Shown: in pieces, positions 48,484 through 62,384 of the stretch
Position numbering within the stretch: the first letter of the stretch is position 1
Layout: each line of letters begins with the position of its first letter
NCBI GenBank assembly: GCA_000004695.1
Contig: CM000152.2
Location: 352,001 to 416,000 of the forward strand
Length of the DNA stretch: 64,000 nucleotides
Direction of reading: 5' to 3'
From: Dictyostelium discoideum
Taxonomy: Eukaryota
Made by a program: the position numbers and the translations under genes
The notes under the pieces: generated by a model
Told to the model about the DNA's origin: nothing
Databases searched by the model: none
Seen by the model: only the letters and a program-made list of their open reading frames with translations

Positions 48484-50009
48484 TTATTTAGTTGGTTGGA
48501 TATTTTTAACCATAGTAGCTAAATATTTGAAACGAGCAACACAATCTTTTTTAGATTTAGTACCGAGACGAGCTGCGATTTGATCCCAACGATCTTCAGC
48601 ATTTTTATCGACTTTTTGTAAAGCTTCTTCCAAGAGTTTTTGTTCTTCTGGTGTCCATTCAACAGAGGCAGTGGTAGTGGTAGTTTCTTTTTTAGCGGCT
48701 GGTTTGGCGGTGTCGACAGTTGATGGAGCGGTGGCGGTAGTGGTTGATTCAGTGCCATTTGAAGTGGTACCTACTGGATATTGACCGAGGTCAACTTTTG
48801 AACTGAGTTCAGATTTAATTTCCATATGACCAACTTTGGCTTTTAATTTATCATAATCGGAACCTGATGGAGCAGCTTCTGGTTTTGAGAAAGATTGTTG
48901 TTGAGTTGGTTGTGAGGTTTTAGCTTTGGCGATAACGTCTTTCAAAGAACGAGTTGGAATACAAGATGCAACGGATTCCCAACGTTTGGTAACACCTGGT
49001 GGGAACTTTTGGATGGCTTTAGCCAAGAGATGGAGTTCATCTTCAGTCCATGGTCTCTCTGGTTTAGCTTCTTTCTTATTGTTGAGTAATGCTTTTCTTT
49101 GCTCTTGATAGAGTCTGTCGGCCTCTCTTTGTTTCTCTTGAATTTCGTTCAATTGGACGAGGAAAACTGCTTTCTTATCGGTGACATTATTTTTGGTTTC
49201 CATTTCTTTGGTGAGCTCGCCTAATTGGAGGTTGTCCAAGGTGGCGATGACCAATTCAACATCTTCAATCTTTTGTGGTGGTTGGAATGATTTACAAATG
49301 TCACGGAATTGGATCTTACCCTTCTTTAATAATGCGGTTTGTTCAGCTTTGACACGTTTCTTTTCTTCGGCTTCGTCTTTCTTTCTCTTTTCTTCGGCTT
49401 CGACTCTTTCTTTTTCAGCTTTTTCAGCGGCTTCTTTTTCTTCTTGTGCCTTTCTCTTGGCTTCGTTTTTGGCATTCTTGTGTGCATTCTTTTTGTCGTC
49501 TTCTTCTTTTAATTTCTTTTGAATACGTGGATCTTTTTTGTAGGCGAGATTGGCGAGATCTTGAATACGTGCAGCTTCGATCTTTCTTTGTTTGACACGT
49601 TTCTTTTCATTCTCTCTCTCCATCCAACGTTTCTCTTCACGAGAGTCTGCATTATCTAAATCATGATCATCTTCAAATGTGAAATCTCTCCATGACTTGA
49701 ATGACCACCAAAAGTTATAGAATTTAACAACCTTATCATATGGAGTATCCATATCACCAAGTTTTGGTACTGGTTGAACGTTTGACCAACGAGAGTTACT
49801 ATCAAATACTGGTTCATAGATTTCGAAAAAGTCACCTTCTTCATCGGCTGTTGGAATATCATCATCAAATGGATCGGTTGAATCGTATGCTCTTCTCTTT
49901 TTAATATCACTTAAAATATTATTTGATTTAACTAATGCTTTAAATGCTTCATCATTACCACCTAAATCTTGATTTTTATCTGGATGAACAACTAAAATCA
50001 TTTTTTTAT
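48484..50009 (-). CDS. dnajc2: DnaJ homolog subfamily C member 2 (zuotin/MPP11/ZRF1), exon 2
   Basis: (Y)KKMILVVHPDK (J-domain HPD), then a zuotin homology region FEIYEPVFDSNSRWSNVQPVPKLGDMDTPYDKVVKFYNFWWSFKSWRDFTFED, a charged KR/E helix, and two SANT domains (WTEDELHLLAKAIQKFPPG... and WTPEEQKLLEEALQKVDKNAEDRWDQIAARLGTKSKKDCVARFKYL). It is colinear with human DNAJC2. Confidence 0.9.
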
Positions 50010-50118
50010 CTATTATTTAATAAATATTAATAAAAAAAAAAAAAAAATAAAAAAAAAAATCATATATTAATAAATTATTTTATTTTTTATTTTTTTATTT
50101 TTATTTTTAAAAACTTAC

Positions 50119-50497
50119 ATGCTAATTTAATATCATTATCGGTAGCTCTCCAACGTAAATGATCTAAACCCATGATTTTGTAATGATTAACATCTTTACC
50201 AGTTTTAGTCCACTCTTTATGATTATTTTTATAGTTTTCTTTTAATTCGTCAATGTTGTCATCATCATTTGAATCTTGAGATTTCTTGTCATCTGAAGTG
50301 GCACTAACCAAGCCAATGATTTCGACATCACCCTTTTTGACTTTACTCCAAACTAATTCAAACTCTTCACCAATTGGTTCGACTGAACGATTACATTCAC
50401 TCCAACCTAAAGATCCGTTGGTGTAATGAATTTCTCTTGAATTTTCATTTGACCATTCTTCTGCTGTTGGTGATGATAAAGATACAACAAGTGACAT
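50119..50497 (-). CDS. dnajc2: DNAJC2/zuotin, exon 1 (N-terminal region and start of the J domain)
   Basis: ...DVNHYKIMGLDHLRWRATDNDIKLA matches [23 protein letters not shown]. The donor lies within GCAT|GTAAGT (plus 50113-50118), phase 1. Intron 50010-50118. Confidence 0.85.
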
Positions 50498-50795
50498 TAT
50501 TAAATATTATTTGTTTGTTTTAATGTGTCTTTATGTTTTAGAGAAAAAAAAAAAAAAAGAATAAAAAAAAAAAATATTTAAATATTTTTTTTTTAAAATT
50601 TTTTTTTTTTTTTTTTTAACCCGCACGCTCGCTCAGTTTCGACTTTTTGGAAAATTATTTTTAAAAAAAATTAAATAAAACTACAAAAAACCGAAAAAAA
50701 CGTTTTTTTAATTTTAGTTTTTTTTTTTTTTTTTTTTAGTTTTTTTTTTCAAATCTTAATTTCGGCTGATTAACTAAACATGGTAAATTAGTTTG

Positions 50796-50846
<51 letters not shown>

Positions 50847-52063
50847 CTTTCCTTTTTCCAAAATTACTTAAAATTAAAAAAATAAAAATAAAAAAAAAAA
50901 ATATAAAATTGTTTAAAATTTAAGGAAATAAATTAAAAATAAAAAACAAATAAAAAAATAAAAATAAAAATAAAAAAATAAATGTTATATCTTAAAAAAA
51001 AGTTTATCATTTAATATTTCCTTTTCTTTTTTTTTTTATTTTATTTTTTATAAATAATATTAATTTAACTTTAATATCTCTAAAAACAAAAAAACCATTT
51101 TATATATTTATGATCATCACAACAATTATATTTATTAAATCAAGTTTAAATTAATATTAATAAAAAAAAAATTTATTAAAATTAAAATAAATTATTTAAT
51201 ATTTTTTTTTTACAATCAAAAATAAAAAAAATAAAATATTTTATTTATTTAATTTTGACTGGATTTAAATTTTTATTGTTTTTTAAATATCTTTTTTTTT
51301 TTATTTTATTTTTTATTTTATTTTTTTTTTTAATTTATTTTTTTTATTACTTTTTTTATTATATTTCTTTTTTTAATTTTGGAAATAATAAAATGGAGAC
51401 TTTATTTTAAATGCATTTGAATTTCAAATAACAATGATATCTTGATGATAGTTTATTAAATAGGAATCATTTTGCTAATTCGATAACAAAGAAAAAGGAA
51501 ATTTAGTGGTTGTGATTTTCCAAAAATAGAAAATCCAAATTTTTTTTTTTATTTATTAATTTTTTTTTATTTTTTTTATTTTTTTTTTTTCATTTATTAA
51601 TTTTTTTTTTTTTATTTTTTTTTATTTTTTTAATGTTTTCATTGAAAAAAAAGTGTAAACTCCACGGTGAAAATATCGAAAAATTAAAACCCAAATAAAA
51701 ATCCCCAACATAGTTTCAAAAATATCCAAATTCAAATAAAATGCAATGCAAAAAAAAAAAAAAAAAAAAAAAAAGAAAAGAAAAAAAAAAAAAAATTATA
51801 AAAATAAAAAAAAAAAATTAAAAAAAAAAAAATAAATCAAAAAAAAAAATTAAAAAAAAAAAAAAAAAAAAAAAATTTTCAAAAAAAAAATTTAAAAAAA
51901 AAAAAAAAAAAAAACTTTGTTTATCACCAGATAAAAATATATCACATTGGCGTAATTCGCATACCAAAAAAAGATTTTTTTTTTTTTTTTTTAAATTTTT
52001 TATTATTTATAATTTTTATAATATAGATATATTATATTTCACAATGTGGGTATTTTTTATTTT

Positions 52064-52097
<34 letters not shown>

Positions 52098-52330
52098 TAA
52101 ATAATAAAAATATTGTTATTATTATTATTATTTATTATTTTTATTTTTACCTTTTTTATTGTTTCTATTTTTATTTTTTTTTTTTATTTTTTATTTTTTT
52201 ATTTTTTAATTTTTTTGTTTTTTTTTATTTATTTGTTATGGATCCTCATTATACTCAGATATAATAATATAAAATACATAACTTTACCGTTTGACAATAA
52301 TCGCCATCGATTTCATATCTATTTTTAAAA

Positions 52331-52368
<38 letters not shown>

Positions 52369-52691
52369 TTAAGGAAAAAAAAAATAAAAAAAATAAAAAA
52401 AATAAAATAAAAAAAAAAAATAGAAAAAGGTATTAGGAGGTAATAATAATGATAATGATAATAATGATGATGATGATGATAATGATAATAACAATAACAA
52501 TAAAATAATATAAAAATGATAATATCACAACCCCATTCTATCATTATCTCACACAAAAATAATAAAATAAAAATATATATAAAAAAAAAAAAAAAAAAAA
52601 AAACCAAAATGTACGGACGCAATCAACATATTAATAAAAATAGAAAAAAAAAAAAAATGCCATATTAAAATTGTTATACATACAACAACCC

Positions 52692-52753
<62 letters not shown>

Positions 52754-52950
52754 CATTTTTTTTTTTTTTTTTTTTTTTTTTTTATCATTTTTTTTTTTTC
52801 TTTTTATAATTACATATTATAATATTTATTTTTATCAATATCATACTATTACAGACTATTTTTGTTTATATATATATTTTTATTTTAATTTTAATTTTAT
52901 ACAACCAAAAAGATCCATTCTCTATTAAATTAATTAAAAATAGTTAATTA

Positions 52951-52961
52951 ACACACACACA

Positions 52962-53000
<39 letters not shown>
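52951..53000. repeat. (CA)n dinucleotide repeat
   Basis: Direct reading. Confidence 0.9.
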
Positions 53001-53755
53001 TCGCTCATTAACAAACCTACACACAAATATTTATTTTTTTTATTTTATTTTTTTTTAAAAATTTTATTTTTGTATAATAAATTTTTTTTAACAAGGGTAC
53101 ATATTATTATTATTATTTTTTTGGAATTATAATAATCAAATTCTTTCTCTCTTTTTTCACCAATCTAAACAATTTTCCATTAATAATTTATATTGTATAA
53201 ATTTTTTTTATTTTTTATTTTTTTATTTTTTATTTTTTTTTTTAAAAAAAAATTAATCATAAAAAAATTAAATTATATAATTAAATAACCACTAAAACAA
53301 ACACAAAATTTAATAAAATAAAAAAAAAAACCAATTGTATCAATAGTAATAAAAATAAAAAAAAGTAATAATTAAATAAATAATTAAAAAAAAAAAAAAA
53401 AAAAAAAAAATCAAAAAAAAAAATATAATAATAACAAAAAAACACTTTTCAATTTTATATATATATTCATTTATATAAAAATAATTTTTTTTTTTTATTT
53501 TTTTTATTTTTTTTTTTTAAAATTATTTATTTAATTATTTACCTTTTCACAATTTATTATTAAAAATAAAAAATATAAAAAACAATTAATTAATAATTAA
53601 AATTTAAAAATTTAAAAATTAAAAATAAAATATTAAAAATAGAACATTTCAAAAACACCAGAGAAATCTATATTATTTTTCTCATTGTAATTTCTAAAAG
53701 ATCAATCAAATTAAAAATAAAGTAAAGAAAAAGAATAAGAAAATCAAACTCAAAA

Positions 53756-54868
<1,113 letters not shown>

Positions 54869-54959
54869 GTAAGTTTAATATCTATATATAAATCAAATTA
54901 ATTAATACATATGTATATATATATTAATACATTATTTATTTTTTTTTTGAAAATTTTAG

Positions 54960-55467
54960 GAAAAGAAAACACCATTACATTTTTCAACATTAATGGGTAA
55001 AGTTAAATCAGTTAATGTTTTATTAGAGAAAGGAGCAAATCCAGAAGTTGTTGATATATTTGGAGCATTACCATTACATTATGCAGTTACATGTATAACT
55101 GGTAGAAAGATAGCAAAACAATTGATTGCAAAAGGATGTAAAGTGAATTCACCTGATAATGTTGGTCAAACACCAATGTTTTATGCATCAAAATCAGGTC
55201 ATCCAAAGAATGTAACATCTTTATTGAGATTGGGTGGATCAGCAACAGTTAAAGATTATCAAAATCGTACACCACTTCATTTCTCTTTGGATATTGCAAA
55301 TAGTACAATTAGTTCAATGTTAGTATCGGCTGGTGCTGATGTTACATTACGTTATCGTTATGGTCAAAAAGGTGAAAGACCAATTTCACCAAGAAAAACT
55401 ATAAATAATGTACAATGGAAAGGTGAAGGTAAAGATGGATCATCAAATGATCTAAATAGTAATAATA

Positions 55468-55539
<72 letters not shown>

Positions 55540-56648
55540 GTAATGAAATTAATGAAGACGATGAATATATGCATGCAGATATTTATGGATTTTTACCAGA
55601 TGTTTCATCAAATGCAGCACAAATGAAAAAATGGGGTGAAATTAAAGAATATTATCAACAGTTAATGAAAGAACAAAGAAATAAAGAAAAGAGAAGGGAA
55701 AAGAAATGGGTTAAACTTATAGCAAACCATGGTAAACGTTCAAAAATGCAAAATTTAGCATGGAAATCAGTACCAGAGTCAACAAGATCAGTTTTATGGA
55801 GATTGGTTTTAAATCCAGACAAGGTGAAAGAGAATGCAAATGTAACATTTGAACAATTGTTGGAGAGAGATTCAGAGTTTGTAAAACAGATCGATTTGGA
55901 TATCGATAGAACCTATAGAAATCATATTATATTTAGAGAGAGATTCAATAGTGGTCAACAAGCATTATTCAACGTTTTGAAGGCTTATAGTATCTATGAT
56001 AGTGAGGTTGGCTATTGTCAGGGCATGAGCAGTATCGCATCGTTACTCTTGATGTATATGACAGAGGAGGAGGCATTTTGGTGTTTGGTGGCTTTGATGG
56101 AGAATGATAAATTTCAATTCCGTGGTTTGTTCTTACCATCTTTCCCTCTACTCTATCGAAATTATGCAATTCACGAACAATTACTTCATGAAGAGTTACC
56201 AAAGGTTGCGTCGAACTTTGGTGTCGAGGGTATAACATTTAGCATGTATGCAACTAAATGGTTCTTAACCATTTTCTCTGGTAATATTCCTTTCCCATTG
56301 TTGGTTAGATTTTGGGATTTGGTTATGTTACATGGTTATTTCATCGTTCATACTTTGGTAATTCATATTTTACGTACTTATGAATCAACTTTAGGTAAGG
56401 ATCCATTTGAAAAGATTCTAAACTTCTTTTCAAATTTAGACTCTATCGAAATTGATGTCTATAGTTTTATAAAATCCGCAAAGAAATATAAAATCACTGA
56501 AAAGAGAATCGCCAAATTAGGTCAAAAATATGATATGCAACAACAAAATCAACATATGCTACCTTCTTCATTTAATGTACCACGTTCAACTTCAAAGCAA
56601 AATTTACATTCAACAAGTAGTAGTTCAAGTTCAATATTCAACAATTAA
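54960..56648 (+). CDS. Ankyrin-repeat + TBC (Rab-GAP) domain protein, exon 2
   Basis: Acceptor aaaattttAG at 54958-54959. More ankyrin repeats are followed by the TBC domain, with Arg finger IDLDIDRTY and Gln finger YCQGMSSIASLLLMYM. Stop at 56646-56648. Confidence 0.85.
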
Positions 56649-56830
56649 ATTGGAAAAAAAAAAAAAAAAAAAGATATAATAATAAAAAAAAAAAAAAAAA
56701 AAAAGGTATAATAAACAAGTATTAAAAATTTAAAATTAAAATAATAATAATAAAAAATAAATTAAAATAAAATAAATAATATTTAATATTTAAATATATA
56801 CTTTTATTTTTAAAATTGTGTAAATATTTA

Positions 56831-56889
<59 letters not shown>

Positions 56890-58507
56890 TTGGATTTTGT
56901 TCATAAACCTTTACACCATTTGGAAAATTATTACGAGGAAAATTATAATTTTGAAGATAAATTTTTTTAATTGTTTTTGGTATATTAATTGGTCTTTGAG
57001 TATTAAATAAACAAAGCCATTTAACAGTTGGTGGAATATAAATATCTTGATTAAAACCATCACGTAAAAATAAATTTTTAACACTACTACCAATCATTGG
57101 TGGTGTTGATGATATATTTGATTTAATATTGAATAAATGAAGGTCTGTTATATTTTTTGACAATACATTTTCCAACGGTAAATTAAAACCATCATGAAGG
57201 AATAATTCTAATAAATTAATTGGTGTTTTTATTGATAGAACTTTAATATCGTAAAGATGTAATTCTCTTAATGAATTTGGAATTTGACAACCTTCAATTG
57301 AAAATCCATCATGTAAATGTAAAATTGAAATTTTACTTGATTGTTGTTGTAGTTTTTGATTCATTGGTTTAACAAATGATGATAATGATGATGATGGTGA
57401 TGAATATGGGTTATTAATATTATATATATGTAAAGTTGATACTGTTTTTGGTAATTGATTATAATCTAATTTAATTGAACAACCATCATGAAGATGTAAT
57501 TCAGTCAGAGAAGCACCATAGGTTGTAATTGGTCCAAAAACAACTATATTACCAATATGAAGAGTTTTAATTGATATTGGGACATGGATTTCATGTCTAA
57601 ATCCATCCAATAATATTATTGTATCAACTTCTGTATTTATTAACCATTCATTTAACTTTGGCCATTCACCATTAAAATCACTTCCTAATGAAATTGATTT
57701 GGTTTTATTTTTAATAATTTCAACTCCATTTACATATTTAAAACTATTTTCACTAAATTCAAATATTTTATTATTTTTATTATATGGTGTTAATACCTGT
57801 TGTTGTGGTGGATGTTGATATTGTTGTTGTTGTTGATATTGCTGTTGTTGATAATCTAATAGTTGTTGTTGATATTTAATAAAACGACCATATAAATATT
57901 TTGGAGGAGAAATTGGGAATGAGAGTTTTGATTCTAATTGATTAATTTGAGTCTCTAAGAAATTTTGATATTGTATACTATTTGTTTTTTCAGATTCTAA
58001 TTGGGATATTTTAGATTGAAGTGATAATAAATGTGGTTTTAATGATATGTAGCTACATGTTGATTCATGATTATCTTTATCTTTTAAATGACCATTCCAA
58101 GGACATGAAACATTATTGGCACTGCAATTAGAACTTGATAATATACATTCATTATCTTTATGATGTTTTAGTTCTATTTTAGTATATAATTTTAGATTTG
58201 TTGGTGATGTGATTAAATCATTATTTAATGTTAATTTAGAAGTTGTTGAAATTATTTGACATTCACATTCATTAGTTTTACATTCAAATTCGGAATGATT
58301 TTTAATAAAATATAAACGGGTCATATATTTAATTTCATTTTCTGGATAATTATCTTTACATTGAATACAATAAACCAATAATTCATCTAATTTGTTTGTA
58401 ATGATTTTGGGTGGATTTGATAATTTATTTTTGTTTATAATTTGTTTACAAGATGGACAATTATTTTTACCAATATTAAAATTATTAAGTAAACATTGAT
58501 TACAAAA
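56831..58507 (-). CDS. RING + TRAF-type zinc finger + FNIP-repeat protein, exon 2
   Basis: FCNQCLLNNFNIGKNNCPSCK (RING second half), VYCIQCKDNYPENEIKYMTRLYFIKNHSEFEC and CPWNGHLKDKDNHESTC (TRAF-type zinc fingers), a coiled-coil, then about 8 FNIP repeats (LP.SL..L.FG..FNQ.I....IP.SV..L). Acceptor ataaaAG at plus 58508-58509. Confidence 0.75.
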
Positions 58508-58613
58508 CTTTTATTTTTTTATTTTTATTTTTATTTTACCTTGTTAGAATATTTTATTTTTATTTTTATTTTTTTTTTTTTATTATGTGTATATATATTA
58601 TATAAAATTTTAC

Positions 58614-58742
58614 CATTGACCCACAATTTTGTTCGACAACTGGTTCGAAGAGAGGTAAAAGACAAATTGAACATTCTAATTCCTTATCAATTTCAATTGG
58701 TTGATTATAAATAAATGGAAGAATATTATTTGATTCACCCAT
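58614..58742 (-). CDS. RING + TRAF + FNIP protein, exon 1 (RING first half)
   Basis: MGESNNILPFIYNQPIEIDKELECSICLLPLFEPVVEQNCGSM ends at the donor GTAAAA. The exon junction reads CGSM|FC rather than CGHxFC, so the canonical His ligand is absent. Confidence 0.65.
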
Positions 58743-59963
58743 TAATATTATCTTTAAAGTTTTCAGAATCAGAAAATTTTTTTTTTTTTTTTTTTTTTGA
58801 ACGAAAGTATTGAATTTGAATAAAAATTAAAAAAAAAAACAAATTTAAAAAAAAAAAAGAAATTTTTAAAAAATTAGATATTTTTTTTATACACTCGGGC
58901 CATCAGGATAAACTCCAATTTACAGGATAAAGATAAGGTTAGCAGATATAAAGATTTCATTTTTTTTTTTATTTTCTATGAGGCAAAATATTCTATTTTT
59001 TTTTTTTTTTTTCTTTTTAATTTTTAAAAATCTATTTTTAGAATTAAAAAGGTATGAGATTTTAAAGGTTGCTTGGAATTAATTAATTTGGTCAAGGAAT
59101 TTAAAGACTTTTAATAAAGATTTTTTTTATTTATTTATTTACCAAACCACAGTGCTTAAATTCCTAGACATTTTTCCAAAAAAAAAAAAAAAACAAACTA
59201 AATCGAATTTTTTTTTTTTTTTAAATAAAATTAATCATAAAGCTTCAAATCGATTTTTTGGTATATTTTTTTTTTTGATTATTTTATAATTAAAATTAAT
59301 TTTTATTGTATCTTTTTGTTTTGTAATATTTCTAAAACAATTTTACACAAACCCGACAGAGTTTGCATCACCAATTGTAGTACCTGTTGTATTTGATTTT
59401 ATGAGATTATGGTTTGGTTCAAGAGCTTTTTAACAAAGAGAGTTTTATTATCATCTTGAGATCCTCCTTCTAAAGGCTATTGTTTAATCAATAATATGGA
59501 TATTTGTACTTAATTGACCAGCGCTGTTTTAGTGGAATTTAAAATTTGTTGTGTATTTTGATGTTTATAATTATGGTAATGGAACTCAAGAGATTCAAAG
59601 TGGTGATTGAAATGAAGAAGAGGAAGAAAAAAGTTAACCAATATTTTTTTTTTTTTTTTTAAAAAATAACTTTTCTTTTTATTTTTTTGCAAATAAAAAA
59701 AATAGTTAATAAAATTAATAATTATTAAACCAATTTTTTTTGCTTATTTATTGTTTGGGGCCAAATAAAAGATTTTTCAAATAAAAAGTGTGGAAAAAAA
59801 AACAATAATAATTTTTGTTGGCTCGATTTTATAAATATTAATTTTATTATTATTATTATTTTAATTTTTTTTATATATAAAATGATTTAAACCTTTCAAA
59901 AAAAATTATTAATTTTAACCTTGCATATGTTTTTTAATTTATTTTTGTAATTTTTCATTTAAT

Positions 59964-60014
<51 letters not shown>

Positions 60015-60649
60015 GTGTTTTTTAAAAGAAATCTATTAATAGTTTGATCGTTTTATTATTTAATTTTTTAAATTTAAATACCTAAGTTATAAACCATATT
60101 TTCCAAAGGATATTATTTTTAAAATTTATAATAATTTTATATAGTAAAAAAAGAATTTTATTATCAATATTTTTTTTTTTTTTTTTTTTTTTAAAATTTT
60201 TTTTTATGGGGTGTGAATGTGGTATGAAATGGCATAGTTAGTAATAAATGCAAAAAAATATACATATTAAAACTTGTTATTAATTTTGTTATATTAAAAT
60301 TTTAATTCTGAGCCAATGGGTGATAGTTTTTTTTATTAAAATTATTATTTATAATTTTATTGATTTATTATTCTTAAAAATCATACCAAAATTATTGTAT
60401 TACTATTTATTTTAGATAATTGGAAATGGGTGTTGGGATAGTAAGTAAATATAATTGTCTGAATTTATAATTGAAGCATTCTTTAAAAATAAAATAAAAT
60501 ACAATAAAATTTTAAACATTGGAAATGAGTGAGTATAAATAAAAGAAAAAAAAATTCATTTAGTATAAAATATTTTTTAAGTTTATAAAATAAAATAAAA
60601 TAAATAAATAAAATTATCTATTTTAAACATATAATAAATAAGAAAAAAA

Positions 60650-62044
60650 ATGAAAGTTTTATTATTATTGGTTTGTTTAGTTTTTGCTTATGTTAATGCA
60701 AGTTATGATGCATGTTACAATGTAGTTTGTCCAAGTAACTATCAATGTAGAGCTGAAGGTGATCAAGCTTATTGTGTACCAGAACATCATGAGTATGGTT
60801 GTGATAGACATTCATGTGGTCGTGGTTATGAATGTGTTGAGCGTTGGGATTCCTTTTGTTGTAAACCAATTCATCACCGTCCACACCCACACCCACGTCC
60901 ACCACATCCACACCCACGTCCAACCAATTGTGATTACACTTCTTGCCCAAGAGAATTTGATTGTCATGTAATCAATAGAAATGTCACTGCTTGTTTACCA
61001 GATAACCATGTTTGCAGAGATTTCCAATGTCCAGTAGGTACTCATTGTTTCAATGGTGAAAGAGGTCCACACTGTGTAAGTGATACTCATTATCCAAATT
61101 TATGTCGTGTAACCAAATGTTCATATGATTTCACTTGTAAAATGGTTAGAGGTAATCCAACTTGTTTAAGAAATCATGATGGTATTTCAACCCATTCTCC
61201 AACCCATACCCCAACCCATTCTCCAACCACCTCTCCAACTCATTGTCCATCTTGTACCGAATTAGCTCCATTTTGTCATTCTGCAGGTTTGGTTTGTAGA
61301 ACTATTCTTAATCCATCTTGTGTTTCTGCAGTAAGAGGTATCATCAATACTAGATCTTGTTGTACCTATATTGCAGTATGTGCTTCAAATTCAACTTCAA
61401 CAACTGGCGCTACTACTGGTGCTACTACACCCACAAGCACAACTGGTGCTGCAACTACCGCTGCTGCTACTACCACTACAGCCACAAGTACAACTGGTGC
61501 TGCAACCACTGCCCCAGCAACTACTACAACCACAAGTACAACTGGTGCTGCAACTACTGCCCCAGCAACTACAACCACAAGTACAACTGGTGCTGCAACC
61601 ACTGCCCCAGCAACTACTACAACCACAGCCACAACTATAGTAGGTGTTACCACTGCTAATTCAGTAGGTGGTTTAACTACTACTAGAGCAACAACAGTTG
61701 CTGGTGTCACTACTGCTAATTCAGTAGGTGGTTTAACTACTGCCGGCATTACAACAGTTGCTGGTGCCACTACTGGTAATTCAGTAGGTGGTTTAACTAC
61801 TGCTAGAGCAACAACAGTTGCTGATGTCACTACTGCTAATTCAGTAGGTGGTTTAACTACTGCCGGCGTTACAACAGTTGCTGGTGCCACTACTGGTAAT
61901 TCAGTAGGTGGTTTAACTACTGCTAGAGCAACAACAGTTGCTGATGTCACTACTGCTAATTCAGTAGGTGGTTTAACTACTTCTAGAGCAACAACAATTG
62001 CTGGTGCCACTACTGCCAATTCAATAGGTGGTTTGACAAATTAA
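60650..62044 (+). CDS. Secreted Cys-rich protein with a His/Pro motif and C-terminal Thr/Ala/Gly-rich tandem repeats (spore-coat / extracellular-matrix-like)
   Basis: Signal peptide MKVLLLLVCLVFAYVNA. There are five units of the Cys pattern C..V.CP..Y.C.......C, a HPHPRPPHPHPRP motif, then 16-aa (TTGAATTAPATTTTTS) and 20-aa (TTVAGVTTANSVGGLTTARA) tandem repeats running to the stop at 62042-62044. Confidence 0.75.
   Translation: MKVLLLLVCLVFAYVNASYDACYNVVCPSNYQCRAEGDQAYCVPEHHEYGCDRHSCGRGYECVERWDSFCCKPIHHRPHPHPRPPHPHPRPTNCDYTSCPREFDCHVINRNVTACLPDNHVCRDFQCPVGTHCFNGERGPHCVSDTHYPNLCRVTKCSYDFTCKMVRGNPTCLRNHDGISTHSPTHTPTHSPTTSPTHCPSCTELAPFCHSAGLVCRTILNPSCVSAVRGIINTRSCCTYIAVCASNSTSTTGATTGATTPTSTTGAATTAAATTTTATSTTGAATTAPATTTTTSTTGAATTAPATTTTSTTGAATTAPATTTTTATTIVGVTTANSVGGLTTTRATTVAGVTTANSVGGLTTAGITTVAGATTGNSVGGLTTARATTVADVTTANSVGGLTTAGVTTVAGATTGNSVGGLTTARATTVADVTTANSVGGLTTSRATTIAGATTANSIGGLTN
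61426..62040 (+). repeat. Coding tandem repeats: about 4 units of 48 bp, then about 6.5 units of 60 bp
   Basis: The 60-bp unit is tcagtaggtggtttaactactgcYagagcaacaacagttgctgRtgYcactactgSt. It lies within the CDS, not a CRISPR. Confidence 0.85.
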
Positions 62045-62384
62045 AATTTTAATCAAAACAGAAACACCTAAAACAAGAAATGGAAAACGTAAATAAAATT
62101 TTAATTTATTTAAATTTTTTTATTTTAGATTTTATTTTTTATTTCTAAATTTTATTTTTTTATTTTTCTATTATATTTTTTATTTTTTTTTATTTATTTT
62201 ATTTTATTTTTACTTTTTTTATTTTATTTTTACTTTTTATTTATTTTATTTTTATTTTTAATTTTATTTTTAAATTTATTTATTTTGTTTTTATTTTTAA
62301 ATTTTATTTTTATTTTTATTTATTTTATTTTATTTTATTTTTACTTTTTTTTATTTTTATAAAGATTTAGAACAATTTGATGAT

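Noticed and set aside
52040-52930. Several 70-110-aa ORFs on both strands in the 50.5-53.7-kb intergenic region
   Set aside because: They are translations of poly-T/poly-A and (TAT)n/(CAT)n low-complexity DNA, with no start context or domain.
59340-59640. GC-richer 300-bp island in the intergenic region after the FNIP gene
   Set aside because: I could not obtain a convincing reading frame, tRNA cloverleaf or DUSE. It is possibly a very degenerate gene or transposon fragment, with too little signal to call.
61366-62019. 217-aa minus-strand ORF and two other overlapping ORFs across the tandem repeats
   Set aside because: They are antisense or alternative-frame readings of a perfect 60-bp repeat. 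The sense gene has a signal peptide and Cys-rich domain.
61426-62040. CRISPR-like regular repeats
   Set aside because: This is a eukaryotic genome. The units are contiguous with no spacers, are in-frame coding repeats, and no cas genes are present.
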